Below, piece by piece: positions 31,201 to 43,339 of a stretch of 64,000 nt of DNA (its first letter is position 1; each line of letters starts with the position of its first letter). A program made the translations under genes and the position numbers. Source of the DNA: Schmidtea polychroa (lineage: Eukaryota); NCBI GenBank assembly GCA_044892525.1, contig CM097885.1:42906001-42970000 (forward strand). Direction: 5' to 3'. Below the pieces are notes generated by a model. The model saw nothing but the letters and a program-made list of their open reading frames with translations. It did not search any database and was not told where the DNA came from.

Positions 31201-32529
31201 TTTGAATGATAAAGAAAAGAATAAACTATACCAAAACATCTTTTGTTTTATTGCTAAATTGAAAATGTCGTCAGCGTTTAAAGCTTTGATAAAATTTGGT
31301 AGATATTTTATATTTTAAAATCCTTCTTGACCAAAGAGAAAGACATAACAGATGTCACTTAAGTGTTTCATTTTTGGTTGTCTTCAGATTTCCGATAGAT
31401 TCAACATTTTTTTTTGTAAAACAAAAATATCCTAAAAATTCAATTTTTCAAATTAATTAATTTCAGGATACAATTAAAATTCTTCTTGGTTATACATTTC
31501 GATTCTATATGTTTGTAAGACTTAGATATTTGTACTAATACTTTATCATAGTTTATAAGGAATTTGGAAATTTCCGTTTACAAAGGTCTGTGTGTATAAA
31601 GCAACAACGGAGTTAATTTGAAGAGAAAAGTACATATTTGAAAATCCTTCTTAGACAACATCGAAAAACCAACTTTTCAAAAAAAAAGAAAGTTGAAATT
31701 TTCGTTTGAGTAACAACTAACAAGATGAATATAAATAAAATTACGTTCATTTCTGTGATCAAATCTGAGCACTGGCTCAAACATGTTGAATAATAATTTT
31801 AGATAAACTCTAGAAAGGAATGACTTAAATCATTAATATATAATAATTTCATATAAAAAGTACAAAAAATTGAACGAAAATATAATTAGGATTTTATATT
31901 TTTCGCATTTTATTTAATTTAATAATAGGCATAAGTAAAGATTTCATTGAAGAACACAAGAACAAAAAAAAATTATTAAGCCAAACGAAATATTTTTTAC
32001 ATTAATTTTAGTTTATCGGCATTATAATGAAATTTCAACTTTTATTTTGAAATTTAACTTTCATAATAATATGTCTGTGAACATCATAAGGCATTTTCAG
32101 TTTTTATTTTATGTTTCCAGACTTTTAGTGAGAAATTTTGATAACACATTTCCTTTGAAGCTGTCGAAAACACAAAGCAATATCTAAAATTACCACAGTA
32201 AAAGAATGTTCGAAATGCGAGTGAACTAATTTTAAAATTTTAAACATTAAATGGATTTTTCAAGTATATTATATATATATATATATATTACAATATTATA
32301 AGAAAGCCCCATTCCAACATTCGTTTTACAATATATATTTAAATATATTACAATAAATTTCGAAAAATTATAAAAATTATCATTTAATTAATGAATTATT
32401 TATTTATTTAAATTATAGCAATCAAAAATAAAATTTTAAAATATTGAAATTTTTTAAAACAATTTTAAAATCAGACATACCTATTTTACTTATAAAGTTC
32501 TAATTGTGCTCACTAATATTGGTCAATGC

Positions 32530-32701
32530 CTTCTGTCGACAATGTTCTCGAGCTTGAATACAGAGATAACGGGAAGTCTCTCCAATGTATGCGTAGATAC
32601 TTCCTTTAATAAAAATCTATAATTTCTATAACTGTTATATCCTACATGATGATGACAGTAAAACTGTCGAAATATATTGTAAAATGAATGTTTGAGTGGT
32701 G
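32530..32701. mobile_element. Penelope fragment: minus-strand GIY-YIG piece plus plus-strand pseudo-LTR piece
   Basis: The reverse complement of 32530-32595 (CATACATTGGAGAGACTTCCCGTTATCTCTG...) matches 35743-35800. Followed by a pLTR with a degenerate hammerhead core at 32646-32678. Confidence 0.7.
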
Positions 32702-32818
32702 ATATTTATATATATTTTTAAAAAAGGGTCTTTCGGAAAAATTTGTTATTTCATTATATATATATGCATACACCCCAACTGCCCCAAGACAGATTTCACG
32801 AGTGCCTCCACTAGTTAA

Positions 32819-32875
<57 letters not shown>

Positions 32876-33117
32876 CATCATCATCATCATTATTAATAAT
32901 AATATAAACAGCACAGGTTTCCTGATACCTAGTGCAAATCCTAATAGTAGACTAGTTTCGAGTTTTTGGCTCTGCAGGAGACGCGAAGATTTCTCTTCTC
33001 GCCAGGTAAATATTGTTGATTCAGCTTTATTGCATACTTTCCCTGGTTCACTGGAAATCACATCACTTCCTTATTAACTTGGTCACAGAAAATATGTAAA
33101 TAATAATAATAATAATG

Positions 33118-33210
<93 letters not shown>

Positions 33211-35079
33211 TATTAATTAAATATTGAAAATTAGGTCAAAATGATAAAAAAAAGTAATTTAAATTTAAAATTATTTTATCATTGACTTTTAAATAAGTAT
33301 TTGTCAATTAAATCAATAATGAAAGTGCTCTTGACTTCTTGCCGACCAGGGGATCATTAGAGAATGAAATGATTTGAAATGATTCAATTAGTTGATCATT
33401 ATCTATTTTATACCACATCCTTCCTTTGTAAAAAATAATCAGCTTAAAATCTACGAAATTGAGTAGCTCAAGCATGCGAAACCATTAAATTAATATCTGT
33501 TTTCCCACAAATATTGCAATGGTATTAATAATTATTAAACTAAATTATTCTGAAATTTATAATGTAAGCATTTTTCCGGTAAATCTTTTGGATAAAATTA
33601 GCAGTGCTTTTTGTTTTAAATGTTAAAATTATTTTTTTTAATTTGTCTCTGTAAATGCAGTAAAAGAATTTTGTGTTCTTTTCAAATGGCATCTTTTGTT
33701 CCTTAACAGCTTTTCATGTATTCTTAATGTAGAACATTGTTTATATTCTTGAAACTGTTAATAAGCAAATTCTATTGAAAGCATTCAAACAAATTATAAA
33801 AACATGACAGATTGTATTTATTAGTATTTTTGAGAATACCTGAATTAGAAATATTGACAAATATTCTAAAATGTATAGAATAAATGGTGTAATTTTAGAC
33901 GGTTATGAGAAGAAAGGATGAGAGTAAAAAAATGAGAAATTATGACGATAATACTAAAATTAAGAAAATCAAAAAATAAAGTAAACAAATGTCGTTGTTA
34001 ATTAAAATGTACAAAATGTGGAAAACAAATTTTGAAATCAAAAACAAAATTTTATGAAAGAATAAAATCTCCAGTTTTTCAGAAATATCGAATATGTAGC
34101 AATAAGAATCGCAAACATAAAAAATGAAAATAATTAAAAAATAATATATCTCAATAGCAGTCAGAAATAATTGGGGAACCATGAAAAAAATGGAATGTGG
34201 TGTCGAAACAAATTATTGGAGTGAGTGGTATTTAAGTGGAATTTGGAGTGAATTATTGAGAAACGTGAATCAAAGAAAAAAAAACGTTTAAATTAGACAT
34301 AGCAAAAATCAAGGATTTATTGAATAAGAAAGGAGCAAACGTCTAGTGATTACCCAAGTCAAAACACGGAAACAACCAGATCAATTTGTCCATTATTATA
34401 TCAGAGGTAGCAGTGAATGAGAATAGATTTAAGGTGTTATATGAGTAGTGGTATTCTTCACGTAGTGTCGTAATAATCACCGTGTAATAACCGATGGTTA
34501 TATTGAATTATTTATGTCATTGAAGTTTGTGAAGTCATTTGTAATAAAAAATAAAGGTTCATATTGACTGAAAATTGTAAGTGAGCTGGTCAAATAAAGC
34601 ACATTTGTAGCTGGATAATTAATTGGTTATTTTATACTTCACCAACAATAGAGAAGACATAATAAAAGTATTTTTGTTCTCGTTTCGATAGAAAATCATA
34701 ATTGAGTTTATCAGTATGGTCTAAAATGGATTCGAATATATTTTATATTTATCTTGATTAATTTCATACATAAACGCTAAATTAAATTCTATTATAAATA
34801 ATAAAAGAAAATAAATAATAAAAAATTAGTGTTGCAAATTATTGTTGATATACAGTCGACGTAGGTTAAAAATTAAATGTTGAAATCTTTTTAAAAAATT
34901 TGAGACATTTAAAATAAAGAAATAATATAATGAGCGAGAATTATAATATAAATTTTATTCTTTATCTCGCAACTAATTATTAAATGAATTTCGAAAATAT
35001 AAATTTCAAATAGTAAGTCACAACAATTATCATGGAATATTTTTACTGAATTTATAAAATAATATTAATAACAATCCTT

Positions 35080-36293
35080 AAAATCGCCATTCGTAGATCT
35101 TTTTCACTATATATTTCGATAGCATCACTATCATCATCAGGTTACGTACATTCACAAGGGATGACTAACTATACAATATTGATAATTTATAAATAAATTA
35201 TAAAATCAATAAATCTTAATAATCTTAATAAATCATAATTATCTTAATAATAAATCTTAAAATAAATTATAAATAACAATTTTAAATAATTATTTTCAAC
35301 AAACAATTATTTTAAACTTTTAAAAATTCCGTAAAAAGTGTAGATAAATTAGTTGAATTACCGGTGAAGAATGGCTACTTAAAATGATTTTTATTGTTAA
35401 CGTTGAAAGAGACTGTTGATAAATGTATGAATAATGCTAAGGATCGTAGTATGAATGAATTATGAATTGACTGATATGTCGAATGATGTAGTGAATATGA
35501 GTATTGATACTAACAAACAAGATGAGCAAAAATATACGATGGTATTGCCGTATTCTGAAGGATATAAAGATTTCAAAAGAAAGATAGGTATAAAGCTGGG
35601 TAAATTGAATTATAAAATTGTTTCAATATCGTGCAAAGCACGTAGTATGTTTGTTATTTATTCTCAAACGTCGGTTGGATTGTGTTCGGATCTCGTTTAT
35701 CAATTCACATGTAATGGGTGTAATGCTAGTGGCATTATGTCACATACATTGGAGAGACTTCCCGTCATCTCTGTACTCGAGTTCGAGAACACTGTCGACC
35801 GAAAGAAGTGCCCAATATTAAGAATCATAATAAAGTCTGTATGAAAGAATTAGGAATGTCTGATTTTAAAATTTTATCAAAAAACTTTGATAATTGTTTT
35901 GAGCGTGTGATATATCAAGAATTATTGAAGAACATTTAGTCCTAAAATCAATGTGCAGAATGCAGTGAATACGTGGGGTTGAATGTTATTTAATTAGGTT
36001 TATGTATGTTGATGTATATTGTTATGTTACTTATGTTAAATAATTAAAAAAAATAATTAAAATAATATTTTTTAAAGAATTTTAAAACTTTAAAATAATT
36101 GTTTGTTGTAAATTATTTTTAAAAATAATTATTTAAAATTGTTATTTATAATTTTAAAATTTATAGATTTTATAATTTGTTTATAAATTATCAATATAGT
36201 ATAGTTATTCATCACTAGTGACTGTAAGTAACCTGATGATAATAGTGATGCTATCGAAATATATAATGAAAAAGATGTACGAATGGCGATTTT
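35080..36293 (+). mobile_element. 5'-truncated Penelope-like retroelement: GIY-YIG endonuclease pseudogene flanked by inverted pseudo-LTRs
   Basis: MVLPY...LVYQFTCNGCNA / TYIGETSRHLCTRVREH (frameshifted) ... FKIL ... PKINVQ is a PLE GIY-YIG signature. 35080-35325 is the reverse complement of about 36065-36293. Confidence 0.88.
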
Positions 36294-36423
36294 TATTAAT
36301 AAAGTCTTCACCGTGTTTATTTAAATAGCCCTTAAAATATTTTTGACTTTGAGATTCAAGCTTTTAACCACGTTATATTTTGTTATTTGAAAATGAATTA
36401 AAACAAAACGATCATTAGGTATA

Positions 36424-36496
<73 letters not shown>

Positions 36497-37249
36497 TTTG
36501 ATTTTACACGAGAGGCAAATGTAAAATATCCAGTGAAAATAGTAAGAATTAATTGTAAACATTTCCCATTTAACATTCATATTTCTTTATTTATTTTGCA
36601 TAATACATATTTTTCTTAATACATATATATAGTTAATTTATATTTTTTTTAAATAAAAAATGCATTATTCATTTAAATTAAAACAGATAAAATATATAAT
36701 AAAAACAATTTTCTAATAATTTATGTTCATTAAAATGAAAACATAAAAATATGAATTTCCTGAGTTACATTTGGTGTTTTCTACCAAAATTGAGCTTCTT
36801 AATATTGAATTCGATTAAATTAGAAACAGGTTTTATTTTTAATTTTACACTTTTATTTACTTGTCTTTTATTCCATAATTTATCATAATTTCATCATAAT
36901 TTAATACCCATTTTGACTAAATTTAGTTTTTTTAATGTAAAAATTGAGAAAATAAATTTTAACGTAAATTCTACTGTTTGTTTTAAAAGTTCATTGAGTC
37001 CTTCATGGTTAATGATAATTTATAGGAAAATATACTTTTTATACATTGTTAAACTAAAGAAAACTATCTGTGGCTATTACTTTATTAATTATTTTTAGTA
37101 GGTATCCAGAAAAACCCCGCCATACTTTAAGGATAAATATTGGTAAATTATTATAAAATTTGTTATTATATAAATAAATATATATTTTCATTTGAATAAC
37201 TAGATTAATTTCAGTAAAACATTTAATTTTTTTATTTACTCAATTTATT

Positions 37250-37765
37250 GACTGTACTCGAGTTCAAGAACACTGTCGACCGAAAGAAGTGCCCAATATT
37301 AAGGATCATAATAAAGTCTGTATGAGAGAATTAGGAATGTCTGATTTTAATATCTTATCAAAAAACTTTGATAATTGTTTTGAGCGTGTGATATGTGAAG
37401 CATTATTGATAAGAACTTTAATCCTAAAATCAATGTGCAGAATGCAGTGAATACTTGTGTGTTGAATGTTTTTAATTAAGTTTTTGTATGTTAATGTATA
37501 TTAATAATATTATGTTAAATAATTAAAAAAAATTATTAAAATAATGATTTTAAAAGTTTAAATATAATTGATTATTGAAAATTATTTATAAAAAATAATT
37601 GTTTAAAATTTGTATTTATAATTTAAAACTTATAGATTTTATAATTTTTTTTATATATTATCAATATAGTATAGTTATTCATCCCTAGTGAATGTAGGTA
37701 ACCTGATGATGATAGTGATGCTATCGAAATATATAGTGAAAAAGATGTACGAATGGCAATTTTAT
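37250..37765 (+). mobile_element. Second Penelope 3' fragment (direct repeat of 35771-36293)
   Basis: CTGTACTCGAGTTCAAGAACACTGTCGACCGAAAGAAGTGCCC... is colinear with 35771 onward through the pLTR. Encodes ERVICEALLIxNFNPKINVQ. Confidence 0.88.
37700..37738 (+). ncRNA. Minimal hammerhead-ribozyme-like motif in Penelope pLTR
   Basis: CUGAUGA-U-GAUAG(UGAUG)CUAUC-GAAA-UAUAUA: core boxes, 5-bp stem II and palindromic minimal stem III. Stem I is weak. Copies at 36233-36265 (+) and 35108-35140 (-). Confidence 0.6.
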
Positions 37766-38337
37766 TTTTTGTTCACCTTAAGTCTTTTCTTGATATTTCA
37801 TTTATTTTCAATATGACAAAATTAAAAATTAATTTTCCGTGCAACACAATGGTTCGGCTTTGTTTTATCAAGTGTTTTTACAATAATTTACAATAATAAA
37901 ATGATTAAAAAATAATGGATTAATAATATCTCACCTCAAAATATTTATGGAAATAATGTGATTTTAAAAAAGAAGAGACGAAATGTTTGTCATTTGAAAG
38001 TTTATATTAATTACATTAATTCTTTTTTTATTTTTCAACTATTTATTCTGATTACAAAATAAATTATTTACAAAATTATATCAATAAAACGGCAGACATC
38101 TTGATTATGGTTCATTGGATCTCCTATAAATTCATAAATATATACAAAATGCCAACATACCAAATATTTCTCATGGGAATTCAGACTTTTGGGGAAATAT
38201 TTAAGGCTTTAGATTCAACAACTTAGGTTGAGAACATAAATTAAATTAATTAGACTGAACTTCAATAATTTCGGCAAATTCTTTTATAATAAAATGAAAG
38301 ATTTTCCTTTTATATTTTTATATTTTCCTTTTATATT

Positions 38338-38407
38338 ACTGGTGAAGATGGCTATCCTGTATACAGACGCGTAAATCAGGAGATGGTGGTTTTACTGCAG
38401 AAATAGA
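38338..38407 (+). pseudogene. Helitron RepHel fragment
   Basis: TGEDGYPVYRR / (frameshift) KSGDGGFTAEI matches the Helitron DGYPxYRRR...GG motif. Ends exactly at the AGTAGT terminus at 38408. Confidence 0.65.
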
Positions 38408-38653
38408 AGTAGTGAGGAATCTATGCACCCCAGCACCCCCACCCTAAAAAAAAACAGCGCTATTGACCCATATTTTCCACATTTATATGCTTTTTTACCC
38501 CATATTCTTCACTTTTTTTAACTTTTAAACTTTGTCCCCTATTGCCATTAACCCTTAATTTCTTCCCTTAAAAGTAAAAAAGTTCGGAATAGATGTATTT
38601 ATAGATTAGTAATTCCGAGAAAAGGTAACGGGGTGCATAGATTCCTCACTACT
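38408..38653. mobile_element. 246-bp mini-element with Polinton-type termini
   Basis: Perfect 24-bp TIR AGTAGTGAGGAATCTATGCACCCC (38408-38431) / GGGGTGCATAGATTCCTCACTACT (38630-38653). Flanks AATAGA and CTCGCA differ, so there is no TSD. Confidence 0.85.
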
Positions 38654-41011
38654 CTCGCAGCAAATGCTAAAAACTCTTTCAAAGTTATCGGCTTAACAAA
38701 GGAAAAATATAAATCAATTGAATATGGAAAATTAAAATTTATAGACTCGTTAAACTTTCTCCAAATGTCTTTAGATGCAGTAGCAAAAACAATGAAACCA
38801 GAAAATTTTAAAATCACTCGAGAATTCTTGGAAAAAAATAATATTCCTCTAGAAGAATATCCTACATGTTTAGCAAAAGGAATATATCCTTATGACTATG
38901 TTGACTCGTTTGAAAGATATAATGAAACAAGTCTTCCTAGCCAAGAAGATTTCTATTCACAACTTCAAAAAAATCATATTACAAATCAAGAATATTCTCG
39001 AGCAAATAAAATGTGGGAATTATTCAAGTGTAAAACTTTAGGAGAATATACAAGTATGTATTTATCCTTGGATGTTTATATTCTAGCAGATTGCTTTGAA
39101 GAATTTACAAAATCTTTTGTTCTTAAACCTTATAATTATATAACTGCACCCTCTTTAGCTTGGGATACTATGTTATATACCATTTGGACTTCAAATATAG
39201 AAGGTGATAAAATTATAGATCTTTTAACTAACCTCGATATGTTTAACCAAATTAAAACAAACATTAGAGTAGGAGTCTCTTCAGTAATGGGGAATAGAGA
39301 AATAAAAGCTAGAAATGCAATAACTACTAGCCGAAGACTATCTAAACACCCTGATGATCCATATATGAAAATTAACAATGAGGAATTAAAAGAATTATTA
39401 GAAACAATGAAAAATCCTATATTTATACTTTATATAGATGCAACAGCTTTATATTCAGGAATTATGACTCAATTTTTACCAATGGGTGATTTCACTGAAA
39501 TAGAGAACCCAACAGATGACCTTATGAAAGAAATACTTTCAACATCGAAAGATTCTCCAATAGGTTACTTTATAGAATGCGACTTCGACTATCCAGATGA
39601 TATAAAATCAGGAACAAGATATTTTCCTTTAGCTCCCATAAGAAGAAAGATTGATATCAACGAACTTTCTGAATGGCAAATCTCACAAGATAAACCTCCA
39701 ACAATGAAACTTCTTTGTGATCAAACAGATCGAAGGTTTTATCTTTGTCACTATAGACTCCTCCAATTTTATCTTTCACGAGGAATGATATTAAAAAAAG
39801 TTCATAGTTTCATAAGATTTAAACAAGCTCCATTCATGAAAGCTTTTATCGAGGAGAACATTAGGTGCCGAAACATTGCAAAAAGAGAAGGTAATCTTTT
39901 TAAAGATAATAATTATAAAATTTTAAACAATTCAGTCTTTGGGAAAACAATGGAGAATGTTGATAAATATACTCATATTGAACTCCTAACAAATACTACC
40001 AAAGATATTAAGCGTTATAATCGCATGCTAGGAAAGCCTACATTTAAAAACGCACAAGTATTTTCTGAAAATCTTACTGCAGTAGAATTAAAAAATTATG
40101 AGAAAACATATAACAAACCAATATTTATAGGGTTTACAATTTTAGAACTTTCAAAATTACAAATGTATGAAACATATTATAACATCTTACAACCTATATA
40201 CGGAGCAAATATATCAATGCATGCAATGGATACAGATTCAATGTTTTTAACAATAAGAACTCATGATTTACAAAAAGATATGAAAGAAAATCCTATACTT
40301 TCAAATTTAATAAATTCATCTGGAGAACTATTTTCGTTTAAAGATGAAAAACCTTTTACTCCTATAGAAAATGGAATATTTATTCGTGCTAAACAATATT
40401 CATACGAAACATTTAGAAACCCTGAATTTATAACTAGATCATTTATATTTAAAACTCCAGAAACAGAAGAAACCATTACACATAGATATCCTATATTTCC
40501 TAAAGAAGAAAAACCTGTAAAGGATAACAGATGTAAAGGAATACAGAGAGTGGTGGCAAAGAATCTTTCTCATCAAGATTATATAGATACATTGAATCCA
40601 AATCATAAAGATAAAATTGATGAAATACATCAACTTAAAAGTGAAAACCATGATATTCACTTGATAGAATCTCAAAAAGTATCATTATCAAATTATGATG
40701 ATAAGAGATTCATACTAAGTGATTTAAAGACAACTTTACCTATTGGAAATAATTTAATCCCTATAATAAAAAATCTAGAAAAGTTGAATAAGTTATATGA
40801 TACAAAGATTACTGATCTTGATATTTATAATGTTGAAATTATTTATCCCGAGAGAGAAATCGAGAAACCTTTATATTCTCAAGTTTTTAATCCTATATGT
40901 TTAGAACTTAAATATTTTAATACTGATCCTGAATATATAAAAGGTCTAAGTGATAAAGAATTTAAAGATCATAAATTAATGATTCATAGGTTGGCTTTCA
41001 ACCATAACTGA
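38654..41011 (+). CDS. polB: Protein-primed family B DNA polymerase (pPolB), 5'-truncated
   Basis: FIDSLNFL, KGIYPYDY, YLSLDV (exonuclease region). Polymerase motifs YIDATALY, KILNNSVFGK, MDTDS and CKGI. The track's GTG start at 38633 lies inside the mini-element TIR, so the natural N-terminus is missing. Confidence 0.95.
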   Translation, partial: LAANAKNSFKVIGLTKEKYKSIEYGKLKFIDSLNFLQMSLDAVAKTMKPENFKITREFLEKNNIPLEEYPTCLAKGIYPYDYVDSFERYNETSLPSQEDFYSQLQKNHITNQEYSRANKMWELFKCKTLGEYTSMYLSLDVYILADCFEEFTKSFVLKPYNYITAPSLAWDTMLYTIWTSNIEGDKIIDLLTNLDMFNQIKTNIRVGVSSVMGNREIKARNAITTSRRLSKHPDDPYMKINNEELKELLETMKNPIFILYIDATALYSGIMTQFLPMGDFTEIENPTDDLMKEILSTSKDSPIGYFIECDFDYPDDIKSGTRYFPLAPIRRKIDINELSEWQISQDKPPTMKLLCDQTDRRFYLCHYRLLQFYLSRGMILKKVHSFIRFKQAPFMKAFIEENIRCRNIAKREGNLFKDNNYKILNNSVFGKTMENVDKYTHIELLTNTTKDIKRYNRMLGKPTFKNAQVFSENLTAVELKNYEKTYNKPIFIGFTILELSKLQMYETYYNILQPIYGANISMHAMDTDSMFLTIRTHDLQKDMKENPILSNLINSSGELFSFKDEKPFTPIENGIFIRAKQYSYETFRNPEFITRSFIFKTPETEETITHRYPIFPKEEKPVKDNRCKGIQRVVAKNLSHQDYIDTLNPNHKDKIDEIHQLKSENHDIHLIESQKVSLSNYDDKRFILSDLKTTLPIGNNLIPIIKNLEKLNKLYDTKITDLDIYNVEIIYPEREIEKPLYSQVFNPICLELKYFNTDPEYIKGLSDKEFKDHKLMIHRLAFNHN

Positions 41012-41105
41012 AACCAACGATATTTAATTTTTTAATAATAAAATGTCGACAATTAATTTAAGCAACTATAGCAACCTGATCTACTTTTTTAAAAATACAC
41101 CCATT

Positions 41106-41717
41106 TTATAAGTAAGAATTCTTTAACCATTTTTCTCGAGATGTTTTTTTATTACTTATAACATTAGCCACCATGCCCTCCCTTTTTAATCTTATAACCT
41201 CATTCTTTATATCTTGTATTATTTGATTTGATTTCATTATTTCTTCGTCTGTCAGGATTCCATCTTCCAAAGCTTTTAATTGAAATAAAAATAATTTAGA
41301 GATTCCTAATTCTATTGATAAACAAACTTCTCTATATAAACTTTTCTTTTTAGAAGTATAAGATAATGAAACTATTTCAGTTAAGAAACCATCAGCCACA
41401 GAAATACTTCCAAGTATTACAGGTGCAAGAGTAACAACTGGTAAAGTTATGGGTAAAATAACTGTTAATATTGCAGATGCAAATCCTAAAGAATAACCTA
41501 TAACTTTTAAAACTGTATTCCTTTTATTCCATCTATTTTTAATTTTTTTATAATGCTTTAATAAATCTTGTAAATGTAAGGTTTCTGATTTAAATTCTTT
41601 TACTCTCATAATTTCAAGTTCTGTGGGAGCCGAGGCCTTGGAACCTTTGTGACCTTCGGAATAATATCCTGATGATCTCAATTCTGGGTAAATTTTTTCT
41701 TCTCTTACTTCTTCCAT
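41106..41717 (-). CDS. Polinton-associated membrane protein (two-helix hydrophobic hairpin flanked by coiled coils)
   Basis: 203 aa. Hydrophobic stretch VLKVIGYSLGFASAILTVILPITLPVVTLAPVILGSISVA. N-terminal IYPEL and ASAP motifs. Confidence 0.75.
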   Translation of the reverse strand: MEEVREEKIYPELRSSGYYSEGHKGSKASAPTELEIMRVKEFKSETLHLQDLLKHYKKIKNRWNKRNTVLKVIGYSLGFASAILTVILPITLPVVTLAPVILGSISVADGFLTEIVSLSYTSKKKSLYREVCLSIELGISKLFLFQLKALEDGILTDEEIMKSNQIIQDIKNEVIRLKREGMVANVISNKKTSREKWLKNSYL

Positions 41718-41725
41718 TTTAATAA

Positions 41726-42735
41726 TTAAAAAAATAAGACTTTATTCTTCTGAGCACCATCTGGCACCAATACTCGGATATCAAAAGAAACTCTTGTTGA
41801 GAGGATATCTTTATACAATTCTCTCAATGCTTTACGAACTTCATCAACATCAACCTTTTTTTCATAAAATATTAAATCTATATATTGTACAAGTGAACTA
41901 GAAAAATGAATATTCTTACTTTTAACTTTATGTAGTCCATGTGAATGAGTATTAACATACCAATCTCCGTGTGGTAAATCATAACTAGTCATTATAACAT
42001 CACCCTTTTCAAGCTTACTATTATAATCACATTTCACAAACCATTTCATTCTTTCATTATCATCATCAAACAAAAAGAAATAAGGATCAATAATTTTTAC
42101 AACCATAAAAACACCCCATTCTTTACTGTTTGTTGTTATTAAACTTGGTTCTATAAAATGTTTATATGTATGGGGTAATAATGTTTTATTCTGTTCTAAT
42201 TCAGCAGCTCTTTTTCTAATACTATGTGTGGTGTTAATGTGTGTTCCATGAGACTCTAAATTTGAAATTCTTTTATTAAATGATGTAATCATCTCATTTA
42301 TTATTTTATATATTGTATTAAATTTAGTATTCATAATTTGTTTATCTTTAGAATTTAATATAGCAGTATTTAACTTTACAACTTGTTCAGTTAACAGACT
42401 TTGTAACTTGTCAAATTTATCATTAAATCGTTGTTCGATATTATTAAGCTTTGATTCCATTGAATCAATTTTTGTTGTTAATGAACTTTCAATTCTTGTT
42501 GTTGTTAAATCAGTATATTTTTAACACCATCTACATATTTCTTATTAACTGCATCAGCTTCATCAGTTGGAAAAGATAATTCTTTTATCTTGTGTCCATT
42601 TAAAATTAAATCACCCTTCATTGAATCACCTCTTTCATTAATATATTTATTTTCTGTTAAAGTTAATATTTCTTCTGTATTAAACCCTGTTTTTATTGTT
42701 CCACCACCTCTATTACATGGAATATAAGAACTCAT
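41726..42735 (-). pseudogene. Fibre/spike-like protein, split by a 1-nt frameshift (about 336 aa reconstructed)
   Basis: N-part carries GDSMKGDLILNGHKIKELSFPTDEADAVNKKYVD, a fibre/YadA-neck-like motif. Adding one A to the A5 run (plus-strand T 42518-42522) gives ...GVKKYTDLTTTRIESSLTTKIDSMESKL..., in frame with ORF 41726-42460 (coiled coil plus globular domain). Confidence 0.7.
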
Positions 42736-42775
42736 TTATTAATAATTTAAAATGGACGGAGTCCCCTGAGAGGAA

Positions 42776-43258
42776 CTAAACCTGTTTCAAATGTAAATAC
42801 ATTGAAATCTCTTCTCCATTAAAATCAATCAATTCTCCTTCTTGATTAAGAATTTTAAAATTAATATCCATTATATATTTTCTACATAAAGGTAAATAAT
42901 TTGGAGGATTCATTCTTTCAACTATTTTATATCCCATAGGAACTGTGTTTGAGGGAAAGGAATATAAAACATTTGTTTGTTTACCATTATTATAAGAACC
43001 TGTTATACAATCGCAATGAATATTTATTGTGTTTGTATTTATTATTTTTATAATATGTTCTGATGTTATTATTTTATCTTCTTTTATTGTTATATCCATA
43101 GGTTTAAATTCTAAAACTGTGTGAAAGAAACAATTATCTAAAAAACTAATTTTTATATTCTTCAAAGTCATTACACATTTTGAAGTTGGTATATCCATTT
43201 TAATTTTAATACCTTCATTTGTTTTTTTAGAAAGTATATCATTTAAATCTTTTATCTC
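42776..43258 (-). pseudogene. Minor capsid protein (penton, single jelly-roll), 3' part
   Basis: EIKDLNDILSKKTNEGIKIKMDIPTSKC...INIHCDCITGSYNNGKQTNVLYSF...GYKIVERMNPPNYLPL...ILNQEGELIDFNGEEISMYLHLK matches the Polinton minor-capsid C-terminal pattern. The frame is open right up to the insertion. Confidence 0.88.
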
Positions 43259-43339
43259 AGTAGGTAGATAGTGGCTTACGGCAACAATTACTTTTTTTTG
43301 TTGCCGTAATTTTTTTGTTGCAACTTTTGATTACGCAAT

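Noticed and set aside
38599..40675. Antisense ORFs within polB, and overlapping ORFs at 61158, 62578, 63430 and 63466
   Set aside because: Shadow frames of well-supported genes.
42515..42525. Programmed -1 frameshift in the fibre gene
   Set aside because: GTT AAA AAT is not a canonical X XXY YYZ slippery site and no downstream structure is evident. A homopolymer deletion is simpler.
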